DNA of 64,000 bases from the NCBI RefSeq assembly GCF_006345805.1, contig NC_042998.1, positions 25,916,001 through 25,980,000 on the forward strand, read 5' to 3'. Under the pieces are notes generated by a model that was given only the letters and a program-made list of their open reading frames with translations, did no database searches and was not told where the DNA came from. Source of the DNA: Octopus sinensis (Eukaryota). Within the stretch, counting starts at the first letter, position 1; each line of letters starts with the position of its first letter. This document shows, in pieces, positions 12,669 to 26,248 of the stretch. The position numbers were made by a program, and so were the translations under genes.

Positions 12669-13369
12669 TTAATCCTTTCGTTACCAACCCGTCTGAAACC
12701 AGCTCTGGCTCTGAGTACAAATGTCTTGTTTTCATAATTTCTGAATTAAAATCTTCCACCAAACCTTAGTCACAATTTATATTCCTAACACTAGCTTAAT
12801 GATAACTAAGTTACTTTACTAAATTCTTTTGTTATATTTGAAATTAATTGAAAGGAACACAGAGCATCTCAACAGAAATATGGTAACAAAAGGGTTAACA
12901 AATGATTAATCTAACCCTTTTGTTACCAACTACCTGAAACTCTTTAGTACAAATGTCTTGTTTACATAAGTTTTGAATTAAAATCTTCCACCAAAATTTA
13001 GTCACAATTTATGTTCCTAACACTAGCTTAATGATAACCAAGTCATTTTACTAAATTCTTTGTTATATTTAAAATTAATTGAAAGAAACACAGAACTTCT
13101 CAAAATAAATATGGTAATAAAAGGGTTAACAAAGGATAAATTTAACCCTTTTGATATCAACGTGGCTGAAACTGGCTCTGGCTCTGAGTACAAATGTCTT
13201 GTTTTCATAAGTTTTGAATTAAAATCTTCCACCAAACCTTAGTCACAGTTTATATTCCTAACACTAGCTGAATGACAACTAAGTTATTTTACTAAATTCT
13301 TTGTTATATTTAAAATAATTGAAAGAAACACAGAACATCTAAAAAAAAATACAGTAACAAAAGGGTTAA
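12669..13369 (+). mobile_element. Head-to-tail trimer of a piggyBac-like MITE
   Basis: Three units of about 215-225 bp, each TTAA-CCCTTT...AAAGGG-TTAA, separated by 12-bp linkers (12899-12910, 13130-13141). Confidence 0.8.
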
Positions 13370-15204
13370 GATGAGTGAGGGTTGTTGAATTTTCTCTTCT
13401 GTCTAAAAATGCATTCAATGTAAACCAAAACTAGTCATGCATGAGTTTGTTCTAATTAGAGTCCAGAAATAAATTTAATAAATAAAGTGAAGGTAAGAAG
13501 CCATGAATAAAAGAAGCATCATCTAATAAAATTTCAATCATATATAAATATATAAAATTCTGTCTAAACATATTTGATTTATTCCTTTATTACTTGAGCC
13601 ATTTCTAACATATATTCTCCTTCATTTTGCTGATTTATACAAGCAAAAGAGAATTTTCAGTTTTTTGTTTCTTGTTTTTGTTTGTTTCTTTTTTTTTTCT
13701 CTTTTGTTTCCTTTTTTTTATGTTGAATGATAATAATACAAAGTAGAAGAGTAAGATCAATTTCAATAATGCAAATTAGAAAAATAAGTTCAAATTCTTC
13801 TTCGATGATTCATTCATGCTGGGAAAAAAAAACGAAAAAAGAAAGTATTACCATTTTTGAAGTTCTGATATCTGAAAATTTTCTTTGGTTTTGATGAAGA
13901 ATATATTCAACGTCAATCAGTTTTTGTTCAAATATGTCAAAATAGTTTGTTTTTTTTTATAACAAGCTATTTTCATATTAATTCATACGTAACTCAAGTC
14001 ATTTTATAAAATATATAAAATTTCATACTTTCATGCTAAATTACATAGAAGTAAAACACTTTTAGTTAAAACCAATAGTTAAGGATTGAGAATAAGTCAG
14101 ATATTTCCTATATTATATGTTAAGAAGAAAGAGAAATTGTTATTCATTGTTACCAGAAAGCCAATTAATCAAGTGTAAATAAGACAGCAGTTCATATCTT
14201 CAAATTAGATTTTGTAATTATTTCCATATAAAGTCGTTGAGTTTCGCTTTGATTATTCTGTAATACATTATCGAAAAATTTGACATTCCTGAAGATATTC
14301 CAAATATAGCATACAATTTGATTAGAAGTTGCTTCCAAACCATTTGCTAAATTGCAAAGTACCACTCATACATACTTTTAGAATCTTTTTCTGGATGATT
14401 GCATTGCATCTTGTTGTGAATGAACCTAAGATATACTTGTCACTAATCAAATAAGCTTCCACAACAGCCAAAAGACAACCGAACTATTTTTGATAAATTT
14501 AGAATAAAAGGTGATATTTATTTGTGGTAGTAATTAAGAATATAAACCTGTTCATAATAGATGAACACATCCATATAATTAAGAAGTGCACTTTGTAATC
14601 ATATGGTTAAGGGTTCAATCCTATTACACAGCATCTTAGGATGATATCATCATCGATAACTTGAGGATACATGCCATGTCAGAGCAATTTCATAGACATG
14701 TATTAAGCATATATGAAACTGTAGAGGCCTGTTGTACATACAGGTATGCATGCACAGAAACTGGAAGAATCCCACTGTATGTGTGTGTGTGCTTGTGTCT
14801 CCTTGTCTTGATATCATGTGATGGTTGTAAATAAAAATGAGTGCTTCCACAAGCACTGTCATTCATATTCAATATTCTGTGAGAATATGTCTGTCTGTCC
14901 ATGGAGAAAAATAACCTTCCATGGAAACAGGTACAGGCTGGTGACAGGAAGGGCATCTGGCTATAACAAAAATCTGGCTCAATAAGCTCCACCTGACCCA
15001 TGCAAGCATGGAAAAGACAATGATGATGACAACGATAATGATGATGATAGACATGAATATATATACAGGATGCAATTGGTAAATTGTCGCCATTTTATAC
15101 CTTTCATTTCATGCATATGTATTGTTTGTTTTTAATTTGATTTTGTTGACAACACAATATAGTAGGGTCAGTTGGGCACTGTCTATGAGAAAAACAGCAC
15201 CATG

Positions 15205-15690
15205 ATGCAATTCACTCTGCCAGAATTTGCAAATGACTTGCTTGGCATTCATGCCGGAAGTTCCATTATGAACATTTCAGAGTGTTTGAGTGTCAATCTG
15301 AGTGTTTGCCATGACCCCAAAACGTACCAAGAGTGGTAAAAATCAAATATCCGGTCAACATTATGTTGTTTGGAGTGATCACTAGTGATGGTGATGTTAT
15401 GCTTCCATACATCTTCCCACATGGCCTCAGACTCAACACTAAGGCCTACATCAAGTGTCTGGAGGAAGTAGTGCTGCCCTGGGTGAAGAGGGTGGCTGCT
15501 AGAAGACCCTGTGTCTGGTAAGAGGACTCTGCACCATGCCACACAAGCAGGAGAACCTAGTCATGGCTGTTAGACAATTTCTGCTACCTCATCACCCCTA
15601 ACATCTGGCCACCTAACACCCCATACTGCAACCCCCTTGATTATTATATGTGGAGTACAGTTGAGCGAGAGATCAAGAATACTCCTTGTC
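15205..15690 (+). mobile_element. DD37D (maT-type) Tc1/mariner transposase remnant, internally deleted
   Basis: IMLFGVITSDGDVMLPYIFPHGLRLNT...EDSAPCHTS...WPPNTPYCNPLDYY; 37 residues between the second and third catalytic Asp; in-frame stops. Confidence 0.85.
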
Positions 15691-15986
15691 AAGCCCATCA
15701 AGCTGAGCAAAATAGCAGTCATGCAAATTGGCACATAAATGCATTATGGTGTCATGCAAATGGCACCTGTGCCAGTAGCATGTAAAATCCCCCGCTACAC
15801 TCTCATAGTGGTTGGCATTAGGAATGGCAGCCAGCCATAGAAACCATGCTACTAAGCATTTTGCAGTATTTATTCTAGCTCTTTCCATTCTGAATCCAAA
15901 TCCTGCCAAAGCCAGTTTTACTTTTCATCCCTCTGGGGTTGATAAAATTAAGTCCTAGTCATATACTGAGGTGTATGGTATTGACT

Positions 15987-16219
15987 AAGGCGGCGAGCTG
16001 GCAGAAACGTTAGCACGCCGGGCGAAATGCTTAGCGGTATTTCGTCTGCCGTTACGTTGTGAGTTCAAATTCCGCCGAGGTCGACTTTGCCTTTCATCCT
16101 TTCGGGGTCGATAAATTAAGTACCAGTTACGCACTGGGGTCGATGTAATCGACTTAATACCTATGTCTGTCCTTGTTTGTCCCCTCTGTGTTTAGCCCCT
16201 TGTGGGTAATAATGAAATA
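15987..16219 (+). mobile_element. tRNA-derived SINE family B nested in an older SINE
   Basis: AAGGCGGCGAGCTGGCAGAAACGTTAGC head, core GCCTTTCATCCTTTCGGGGTCGATAAATTAAGTACCAG (recalls the Meta-type SINE core, unverified); 10-bp TSD GGTATTGACT at 15977 and 16220. Confidence 0.85.
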
Positions 16220-16996
16220 GGTATTGACTGAGCCCCTTCCTGTGAAATAACTGGCCTTGTGCCTAAATCAGAAACTATTACTATATTATGGCAAAGATAA
16301 GGATAAAAAGCTCATATATCACTTCACAGTAAAAAAAAACAATATTTTATTCCAATATGAAATCCAAACCATCGATTTGTTTTGTCGTTATTGAAAATAC
16401 TTTATATGAATGATTGTTATCTCAAACTAAATGCAGCAAATTTGTAAACAAGTGTTCCCTTAAAAACATGAGAAATTAATTATTTAAAATTTCTAACTTG
16501 ATGGCGCCTATTTCTCATGCGGCAAGCATATTGATCATTTGAGACATTGTTCACACACTATTCTAAAATATATTTGGATAAGCAGGAAATTATTCTCTTT
16601 GGATCAGTTCGAAACTTTTATTAACATTAAATACTCTGTTTTGAAATAAAAAGAAACAAAATTGTCATTTTGCCAATATTCTTGGAAAAGCATTTCAAAA
16701 TAATAATGATGCTTTTCGTTGGTTTATAAGATTTAGTAGTATATTAATGTTCTTAGATATTTAGCTTTTATTTTCTACTTGTTTCAGTTAATGGTTTGTG
16801 GCCATACTGGGGCACCACCATGAAGGGTTTTAGTTGAACAGATCTATCCCAGGATTTCTTTTTTTTAGAGCCTGATACTTATTGTATTTGTCTCTGTTGC
16901 AGAACTGTTAAGTTACAGGGATATAAACAAACCAACACCAGTTGTTAGCTGGTAGTCCGGGATACCGCAAAGACACACATATACACACACGCACAA

Positions 16997-17030
<34 letters not shown>

Positions 17031-17089
17031 GTGTACAATAAAATTGAGTAGCAAAGATGTATGTGTCAATTCATTACTTATACGTCTTC

Positions 17090-17302
17090 ATTACTTTCTT
17101 ACTTGTTTCAGTCATTTGACTGGGGCCATTCTGGAGCACCACCTTTACTCGAATAAATCGACCCCAGGACTTATTCTTTGTAAGCCTAGTACTTATTCTG
17201 TCAGTCTCTTTTTGCCAAACTGCTAGTGACGGAGACGTAAACACGCCAACGTCAGTTGTTAAGTGATGGTGGTGGGGACAAACACAGACACAAACAACAA
17301 AC

Positions 17303-17334
<32 letters not shown>

Positions 17335-17405
17335 CCACACACACACACACACACATACATATATATATACGACAAGCTTCTTTCAGATTCCGTCTACCAA
17401 ATCCA
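17090..17405 (-). mobile_element. SINE family A, headless copy
   Basis: Reverse-complement 3' half plus internal (CA)n(TA)n; another 3' half at about 16775-16975. Confidence 0.75.
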
Positions 17406-17729
17406 TTTCTTTTCTTTCACTCGTTTATATTTATATTTTACTCCCCTACTCTGGTATCTGCACTTTGGAAATATTTGGAAAGTATCTTTATACAAAGTAC
17501 ATGTCTGAACAAACAAGAGCAGATTTATTCACTAAGTTGGATCATGCCATCTGCATACGCTGCAAGAATATCAGGTGGAAAAAATTCAATGTAGAGTTTG
17601 ATACTCACCTAATGTTGTCTGAGAGAACAAATAAGTTCGTCCTAACAAGGTACCTCAATTTGAGTACCTAATTCAACTGAATCTAAATTACATATTTATA
17701 TATATATATATTATATATGTATATATATA

Positions 17730-17808
<79 letters not shown>

Positions 17809-18775
17809 GTGTGTGTATGTAATGTTTTGGACTAATGGGTATGTGACAGTTAGCGAGTTGAGTAAAGCACATTCACAGTTTGGGCTACCTGGTGTCATCC
17901 ATGGCTGGTGTACATTTCTGCTGGATCTACGTCAGGAATTCTGCAGTGTTACTTGAGATATATGTATATGATGGGATTCTTTTCAGTTTCCATCTACCAA
18001 ATCCACTCACTAGGACTATAGTAGAAGGTACATGCCCAAGCTACCACACAGTGGGACTGAAATAAGAAACATATGGTTGGGAAGTAGACTTCTTACTACT
18101 CAGCCATGTCTGGTTAATAATTTATATTTTATATCTAATAATTAATTACTACTTTGACCTTTTGCTATATACACCAGTTCTAAGTTTATGTTATGACTGA
18201 AGGAAAAAGTCATATCTTACGCAGTATTCTATTTTAATGAGACGTCCTAAATTCATGCTCAGATGTTTTTCACTGCCCACATCAGCAAAACTGAGTTCTA
18301 GAAGTGCTGTACGTCCTACACACACTCAACAAGAAAACTTCTCACACACTCTACCACAACGAACCAAACTACGTCTCTACATCCCTTCTCTTCTTCATAT
18401 TTCTGCTTAATGTACTATGATTACCTCTCACTCCCCAATCTTGTCCTTTTGGCCCAGTGCCACTGTATCATTGCTCTACTTGCCCCCCGACCTATGTATT
18501 CTACCTACATGCTTTGTCTCACTCCTTTGTATATTATATAAATGATATAATGCCATACGCATGTTTGTCCAAATTCATTTTTTTATTTATTACAAACTCA
18601 AGTTACTCAAGTTCTTATAGCCAACTATTGTCCTGTGGAATTATTTTTGTCCTTAGGTAGTTGGAATTTTAAGAGTTTGAGATTTTCCTATTACTAATCT
18701 GTTCATCTGTTGTATACTTATACAAGCATCTTTGCAACTATTTTGTGTGTGTACACACACACACACAGGGCTGAG

Positions 18776-19120
18776 TTTGACACTTTGCATTAAGGGGAAA
18801 AATAACACAATATCCCATCCAAAAATAAAGGTATTTTAAGAAATCAAAAAATATCAGTGAGATTATGGCTGGGAGATAAGTTTACTCAAAGTAGCTGCCC
18901 TCAGTTTCCACCATGTACCTCAAGATGGATCTGGAACCTGATGCACACATTCCTTATTGTGTCCCTGGGAAAATCTTAAAGCACCTCCTTGAAGCTTAGC
19001 CTTGGTGTTGCAGGCAGTTAGTGGCTTTCTCAACTGCACCACACAGTAATCTACAGGATAACAATCAGGGTATGAGGTGGCCAGAAAATGAGGCTGATGA
19101 ACTCATAGAAATTCTTCAAC
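18776..19120 (-). mobile_element. DD37D transposon 3' remnant
   Basis: Minus translation QKWLKNFYEFISLIFWPP...DFPRDTIRNVCIRFQ resembles the maT C-terminus; TIR-like CAGGGCTGAGTTTGACA. Confidence 0.6.
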
Positions 19121-19128
19121 CACTTCTG

Positions 19129-19173
<45 letters not shown>

Positions 19174-19997
19174 CATTTATATATATACAACAGGCTCCTT
19201 TCAGTTTCCGTCTACTAAATCCACCAACAAGGTTTTGGCCAGCCCAAGGCTATAGTAGAAGACACTTGCCCGAGGGGCCATGCAGTGTGACTGAACCTGG
19301 AACCATGTGGTTCGTAAGCAAGCTACTTCCCACAGAGCCGCTCCTGCACCTTGTAAAGAAAACTGAAATATAATGATAATTATAACTGAATAAACAATAT
19401 CATTAAGGCATAAATATTAATCAAGAGTGGGGTAAACTTGTTCCTTGAAGACACATCACATATTTCAAAATCCTTTTATGAAGTAATGGGATAATTCTTC
19501 ATTTGCATCCAAATTTGAAATTTCCAAAATTTCCAAAAGCCTACTGGAAAAAGAAGCGTAAACCTTAAGACCAAAATAGTAATTTGATGTAAATAAATTG
19601 CATTTCTAAGTTTGTAAAATTACAGATTCATCATTTTTTCTCATCACAGATATTTCACTATACATTCTTCAATACTTTTAACTCATCCCTGACACTAAAA
19701 CATGCCTCTCAGGAAATAACTTTTTAATAATCCAAACTCGATGTAGTTTATAGAATAGAGGCTTATAAACTCTCATTTGAAAAAACATAAATACAAATAC
19801 AATTTTGCAGGTGACATAGACTTTGTTTTCCTTGTTTATTAATTTGTAATATACTCTCACATCAATGTGTCAAGCTGGCAGAACAATTAGCATGCCGGGC
19901 TAAATGCTTAGCAGCATTTCATCTCGCTTTATGTTCTGAGTTCAAATTCTGCCCAGGTCAACTTTACCTTTTGTCCTTTCAGGGTCAACAAAATAAT

Positions 19998-20228
19998 TAT
20001 TTCTTTATTGCCCACAGGGCTAAACATAGAGGGGACAAACAAGGACAGACAAAGGGATTAAGTTGATTACATCGACTCCAGTGCATAACTGGTACTTAAT
20101 TTATCGACCCCTAAAGGATGAAAGGCAAAGTCGACCTCAGCAGAATTTGAACTCAGAACATAATGGCGGACGAAATACCGCTAAGCATTCTGCCCAGCAT
20201 GCTAACGTTTCTGCCAGCTAACGCAGCC
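19998..20228 (-). mobile_element. SINE family B nested in another family B copy
   Basis: TSD of about 19-20 bp, TTCAGGGTCA(A/C)CAAAATAAT, at 19978-19997 and about 20228-20247. Confidence 0.75.
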
Positions 20229-20803
20229 TTCAGGGTCACCAAAATAATACCAGTTGAACACTGGGGTCTATGTATTCGACTAGCTCACTACTATCACAAT
20301 TTCATGCCTTATGTCTATAGTAGAAATGAATATACTCTCACATCTCAACATTCATGAATGATATCATACTATAATTATTGACATACAATACTCTTTCCTT
20401 AGCAACTAGACACTATCTTATCTCCTTAAAAATGACAAAATGAGAATGGTAGAACCATCAATGTAAAACAATAACATGTGACAACAAAGTAATCTCTAAC
20501 ACTTCGTTGATGCCATTATTACAAAACAAACAACTACAAACCTTTTAAAGCCTTCTCCTTACTAAAGCAGAACTGCTTAATTGTCATCTTATTTTGAATC
20601 ATGTTCATATTTTCATTTCCAAGCCAGTATTTCATGACACAGTGCCATCTGTTGCTCAGCATTCAGGCAAAGTCTCGGGTTTGTGAATATCTTCCACACT
20701 CCTTCCAACCAGTTTTGAGACTCTGTGAAGATCCACCATTCTTCCCACTTCATTAAAAAACAAAAAACAAACAACCAAAAATCACAAAAGCATTATTGAA
20801 TTA

Positions 20804-21193
20804 TATTTATATATAAAGCTGAAGTTGTCTGTGTATGGCAGGTTTGGTAGCCTTCAACTAACACTATCTCCTTCGAGACCCTGCAGTGCAAGTTGACCAA
20901 AATTGAGAGTATGATAGAAGAAGGCTTGCTCTTCCTTCCGTAGAAGATAAAATTCAAATCAGACCATATTAACACCAAAAATTATTTACATCTAAAAGGT
21001 GCTATTTTTCTATGAAAATCCTTATTTCTTACGATTTTTTGACTGCTGTGTCGCCATTTTTCAGTGTATTTCAACCAGAAAAATGTTCACTTAAAGAGAA
21101 TAACAAGCTACGTAATGCAAAATTTTTACTTTTCAAAAACTCCAATTCTAAAGGGTCGAAACAAACCTGAGCAACGCTGGGCGATACTGCTAG
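20804..21193 (+). mobile_element. Non-autonomous Helitron-like element
   Basis: 5' TATTTATATATAAAGCTGAAGTTG after A; 3' CCTGAGCAACGCTGGGCGATACTGCTAG followed by T; ends shared with 53996-54395. Confidence 0.75.
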
Positions 21194-21892
21194 TATTTGA
21201 TACAAGTATAATGAATTAGGTCCTAGCTATTAATTCCAGCATTTTTGACATGAGAAAACTAATGCTCATGTTGTTATGCTGAAATGAAATCACTCAAAAT
21301 GTCTAAGGCATGGATGTATGTTTAAAGAAATTCACTTTACAAGGTTTCTGGGTTTTTTTAAGCGTTTGCTTCATTGGAAATAAACATCATTTAAAACTGA
21401 ATGTTGGATTTATTGGTGATTTCCTTACCTGAAAATGGTGGCCATTGCAAAATCTTTTCATAAGCTTACAGATTTGCTAGATAAAATTTATCAAACACGA
21501 TGAGTGTCAATGAATTAATGTATGTTATGGAAAATGGAAGACTCAAGATATTACCGATTGAAAGAAAAAAAAATGGGGAACTGGAAAGTATATATATCTC
21601 CTTTATAAAAAGTAATGGTTTACAATGAATTTTAACCAGCTGAGATTTAGAACACATTATGTTTTTTTTTACTTAGCTTCTTCTGCCAAGTAACAGTTGC
21701 AATTTGAAAAATATTATATCTCATTCCTTTTTAAAAATTATTTTGCTAAGCCAAAAAGGTTTGCACATAATTATAAATCAATACATATGTTCCACAAATA
21801 CACTGTTTATATGTTAACTCCTTTGCACATATAAGCATCAAATTACAACATGTATTTATCCATATTTATAGCAAAGTATCTTAAAAATCATT

Positions 21893-22610
<718 letters not shown>

Positions 22611-22845
22611 TATAGACAGAAATAATTTTTGGTTCTTGATATAAATATTGATTCCTTAGATAAAAACGTTACCTGTGGGGCATTATTTATTCATTTTTTT
22701 TCAGAGAATTTTGAAATTTCATTTAATCAAATACGCTTCTTAATGTATAAAGTTTATATAAAAATTAATTTCTTACATTTTTTTTTATTTTGCTTCTATT
22801 TATTACAGTTTATTACAATGTGTATGCATGTGTGTTTATATATAA

Positions 22846-22888
<43 letters not shown>

Positions 22889-22892
22889 TATT

Positions 22893-22936
<44 letters not shown>

Positions 22937-23584
22937 TATTTACATATATATATAATATATATATATATATATGTATGTATGTATATATATATATATATGT
23001 ATGTATGTATATATATATATATATATTATATATATATATATATTATATATATTGTATGTATGTATACTTTTAATATTCTTGAAGATATTGCTTTTTCTTG
23101 AAGCTGTTTATTTTTCCTTAATTTTACCGGAATATGTTTTGAATTACTATAATGCTAGAGAAATATTTCTTCAATAGAATTAGTCTAACGTTTGCATTGC
23201 ATCATGGAATATAAGTGTGAAATTTACCAAATATATCATTACACTAAATGGTCTCATTCAGTACAAATCAACAATTGATGTGATATTATTCCACCAATAT
23301 ATATTTCATAAAATTTTTTCAGTGTAATAAATTACCACTTTGTTATGAAAGATTTAGTTTCAATATCTGTTACTGCTGAAATAATTTCGTTTATCAAAAA
23401 GAAAAAAATTACTGGAGACATACACGCATGCGCATAAGTTGCAGGCATGGCTGTGTGGTAAGAAGTTTGCTTCCAAACCATGTGATTCTGGGTTCTTTAG
23501 GAATAGTTCCCAATGCACCCATAACTACTCAGATACATTCTACCTACACTTTCCATAGTCTCTGTAATGCAATGGCTAGGTCCT

Positions 23585-23806
23585 GCTGGCAGAAACGTTA
23601 GCACGCCGGGCAAAATGCGTAGCCGTATTTCGTCTGCCATTACGTTCTGAGTTCAAATTCTGCCGAGGTTGACTTTACCTTTCATCCTTTCGGGGTCGAT
23701 AAATTAAGTACCAGTCACATACTGGAGTCGATAAATCGACTTAATCTGTTTGTCTGTCCTTGTTTGTTCCCTCTGTGTTTAGCCCCTTGTGGGTAGTAAA
23801 GAAATA
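23585..23806 (+). mobile_element. SINE family B
   Basis: Same head, core and CCCCTTGTGGGTAGTAAAGAAATA tail as 15987-16219. Confidence 0.8.
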
Positions 23807-23886
23807 GGTACATTGCTATTCTTTCTATACTGCTCATATTGACTTTCTCATCATCATCATCACCATCACCATCATCATTATTATTA

Positions 23887-23921
<35 letters not shown>

Positions 23922-24719
23922 GTCTAGGGTGTATGATCAAGCAGTTAGAGTGTTGCACTCACGACCGCAAGATTGCGGTTTCAATTCCTAGACCAGGTAG
24001 TAAGTTGTTTTCTTGAGCAAAACACTTCATCTCATGTTGCACAGCAATCACTTTGATACCTGAGGCATCGATTTGATGGAGAGAGTGAATTAATGTGCAG
24101 TACGAACATTTAATCACTATAAACAAATCACTTGTGCAGGGCCTTCTGCTGATATGTGCAGGGCCTTCAGCCTAACCCTAACCCTTCAGCTGATTCAAAT
24201 TAAGCAGCAATAGTATGAGGGCACAAACTATAAGAGCACATTGCTGCATCCACCATCTTTTGCGATCCTCTACTCCTGGCAGATGACACTTTTGCACCAA
24301 TCAGTTGACAACCCTACAACCCATGGGTCTGTTGGGGCAATCGTTGCTGGTAAGGGTTTTATGAGATTGGAGTAAAAATCCAACCATAACCTGTTTTAGT
24401 TACTTTTCTGACACACAGAGGAAACGTTGGATCTATTCTTTGGCATGCCAGAATAGATCCAATAATGTAAACACATAGCACATAGCACAGAATAGATCCA
24501 ATTAATGTGAACACATAGCACAATTCAAGTGAAGAACTAATAAAAAATATACAGAAGCAAAAATTATTTGCAAGCCCATCAAAGTATTAAAATCTTTTTG
24601 AGTATGGCTGTCTTAACATTATGATAATGTTTAGTTTTAAGAAAAAGAAAAAAATCATTAAATATCTTTCAAGACCGCTTGGGAAACCTAGGTGCTGTAA
24701 GTGTCACACATTTATAGGT

Positions 24720-25120
24720 GTAGGAGTGGCTGTGTAGTAAGTAGCTTGCTTACAAACCACATGGTTCCGGGTTCAGTCCCATTGCGCGGCACATTGGGCA
24801 AGTGTCTTCTAGTATAGCCTCAGGCCAACCAAAGCCTTATGAGTGGATTTGGTAGATGGAAACTGAAAGAAGCCCATCGTATATATGTATATGTATATGT
24901 ATATATATGTGTGTGTGTTTGTGTGTCTGTGTTTGTCCCTCCCGACATCGCTTGACAATCGAAGCTGGTGTGTTTACGTTCCGTAACTTAGTGGTTCGGC
25001 AAAAGAGACTGATAGAATAAGTACTTGGCTTACAAAGAATAAGTCCTGGAGTCGATTTGCTCGACTAAAGGCAGTGCTCCAGCATGGCCACAGTTACATG
25101 ACTGACACAAGTAAAAGAGA
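24720..25120 (+). mobile_element. SINE family A
   Basis: Full-length match to 7384-7823. Confidence 0.85.
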
Positions 25121-26205
25121 GACATTTTAGTAAAAGATTCAGCTAACTTTAAACACTCCATTTTTCTTTTAAACAAAAGCACAAATATGTAAAAAGCAGA
25201 TGGCTGCTCAATAGTAAATATACTACATTCAAGGCTACTGTTTTAAAGGCAAAAGAATTAACTGCCAAACTAGAAATAAACAATAGGAAAGAATCTTTGG
25301 TATTACATGAATCGTACATTATGTGTATGTTTCATAAGGATAAATTTCTTGTTGATCCCAAATGGGGATTGATAAAATTCAACATAATCAGAAATGGAGA
25401 AATGGGTTGGAGCTAATAAAAATATCTTAGATCCTATCATCTTTAATATTGAATAATTCTCATCTGTTATGGAATATAAATAGTTTCTGTATCAAATGAT
25501 TCTCTAATATAGATAATAACATAGATAATGAATAATAAATCTATGCAGTTCAATATGATAGCATTCTACACATCTATAATCAAATCATACATCATAAAGC
25601 TATAGAACTTGGTAGGTTTTATTAAAATTAGTGATTCAAATATCAATATTATTATGCACACAAATAAGTCTTTCTTATTTTACGTTAACTATTTATAGAT
25701 TTAAAAATAGGGGCCAAGTATTGTTTAATGTAATTGTTGGATCATATGATAGTGCTGAGTAGTGTGAACCAATATTGTTAAATATTATAGATTTATATTT
25801 CGTTTTTGGATTTGGTTTGCAAGATTCTTTATATGAGTTCGTGTGTTGAAGCATATTCTGTTGTGTCTGGGGAGAGTCATTTTCGTTGTGTCTTGAAACC
25901 TTTCCAATAGTTTTGACTCTGTCCATTATTTACACTGTGTTCCCTTTTGATTGTTTGTGTGCATGTGTGTTGGTCAGTGTGTGTGTGTGTGCCTATACAT
26001 GCATGCATGTACGTATGTATGTATGTGTGTGTTTGCATGTGTATGTATGTATATATGTGTGTGTATGCATATGTATATGTGTGTGTGCATCTGTATGTAC
26101 GTATCCTGCATATTTATGCTTGCATGTCCGTGTTTGTGTATTTCCTATGTATGTGTGTGTGAGCATATGTTTGTATATGTATGCACCTCTGTCTCCTTGT
26201 GTATG

Positions 26206-26248
<43 letters not shown>

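Noticed and set aside
12488-13430. Open frame of about 80 codons (…IGDLAEILATERNLLYALQGQV…) restored on the minus strand by removing the MITE trimer
   Set aside because: No recognised homology or clear donor; open frames of this length occur by chance here.
19094-19112. CTGATGA...GAAA on the plus strand
   Set aside because: No helices; it lies in the antisense of a DD37D transposase remnant.
21429-21476. NGHHFQ resemblance to the start of the atypical PKC C1 domain
   Set aside because: Flanking residues do not match and no further C1 or kinase exons were seen; no gene name assigned.
24170-24185. CCTAACCCTAACCC telomere-like motif
   Set aside because: Only about two units; not an interstitial telomeric array.
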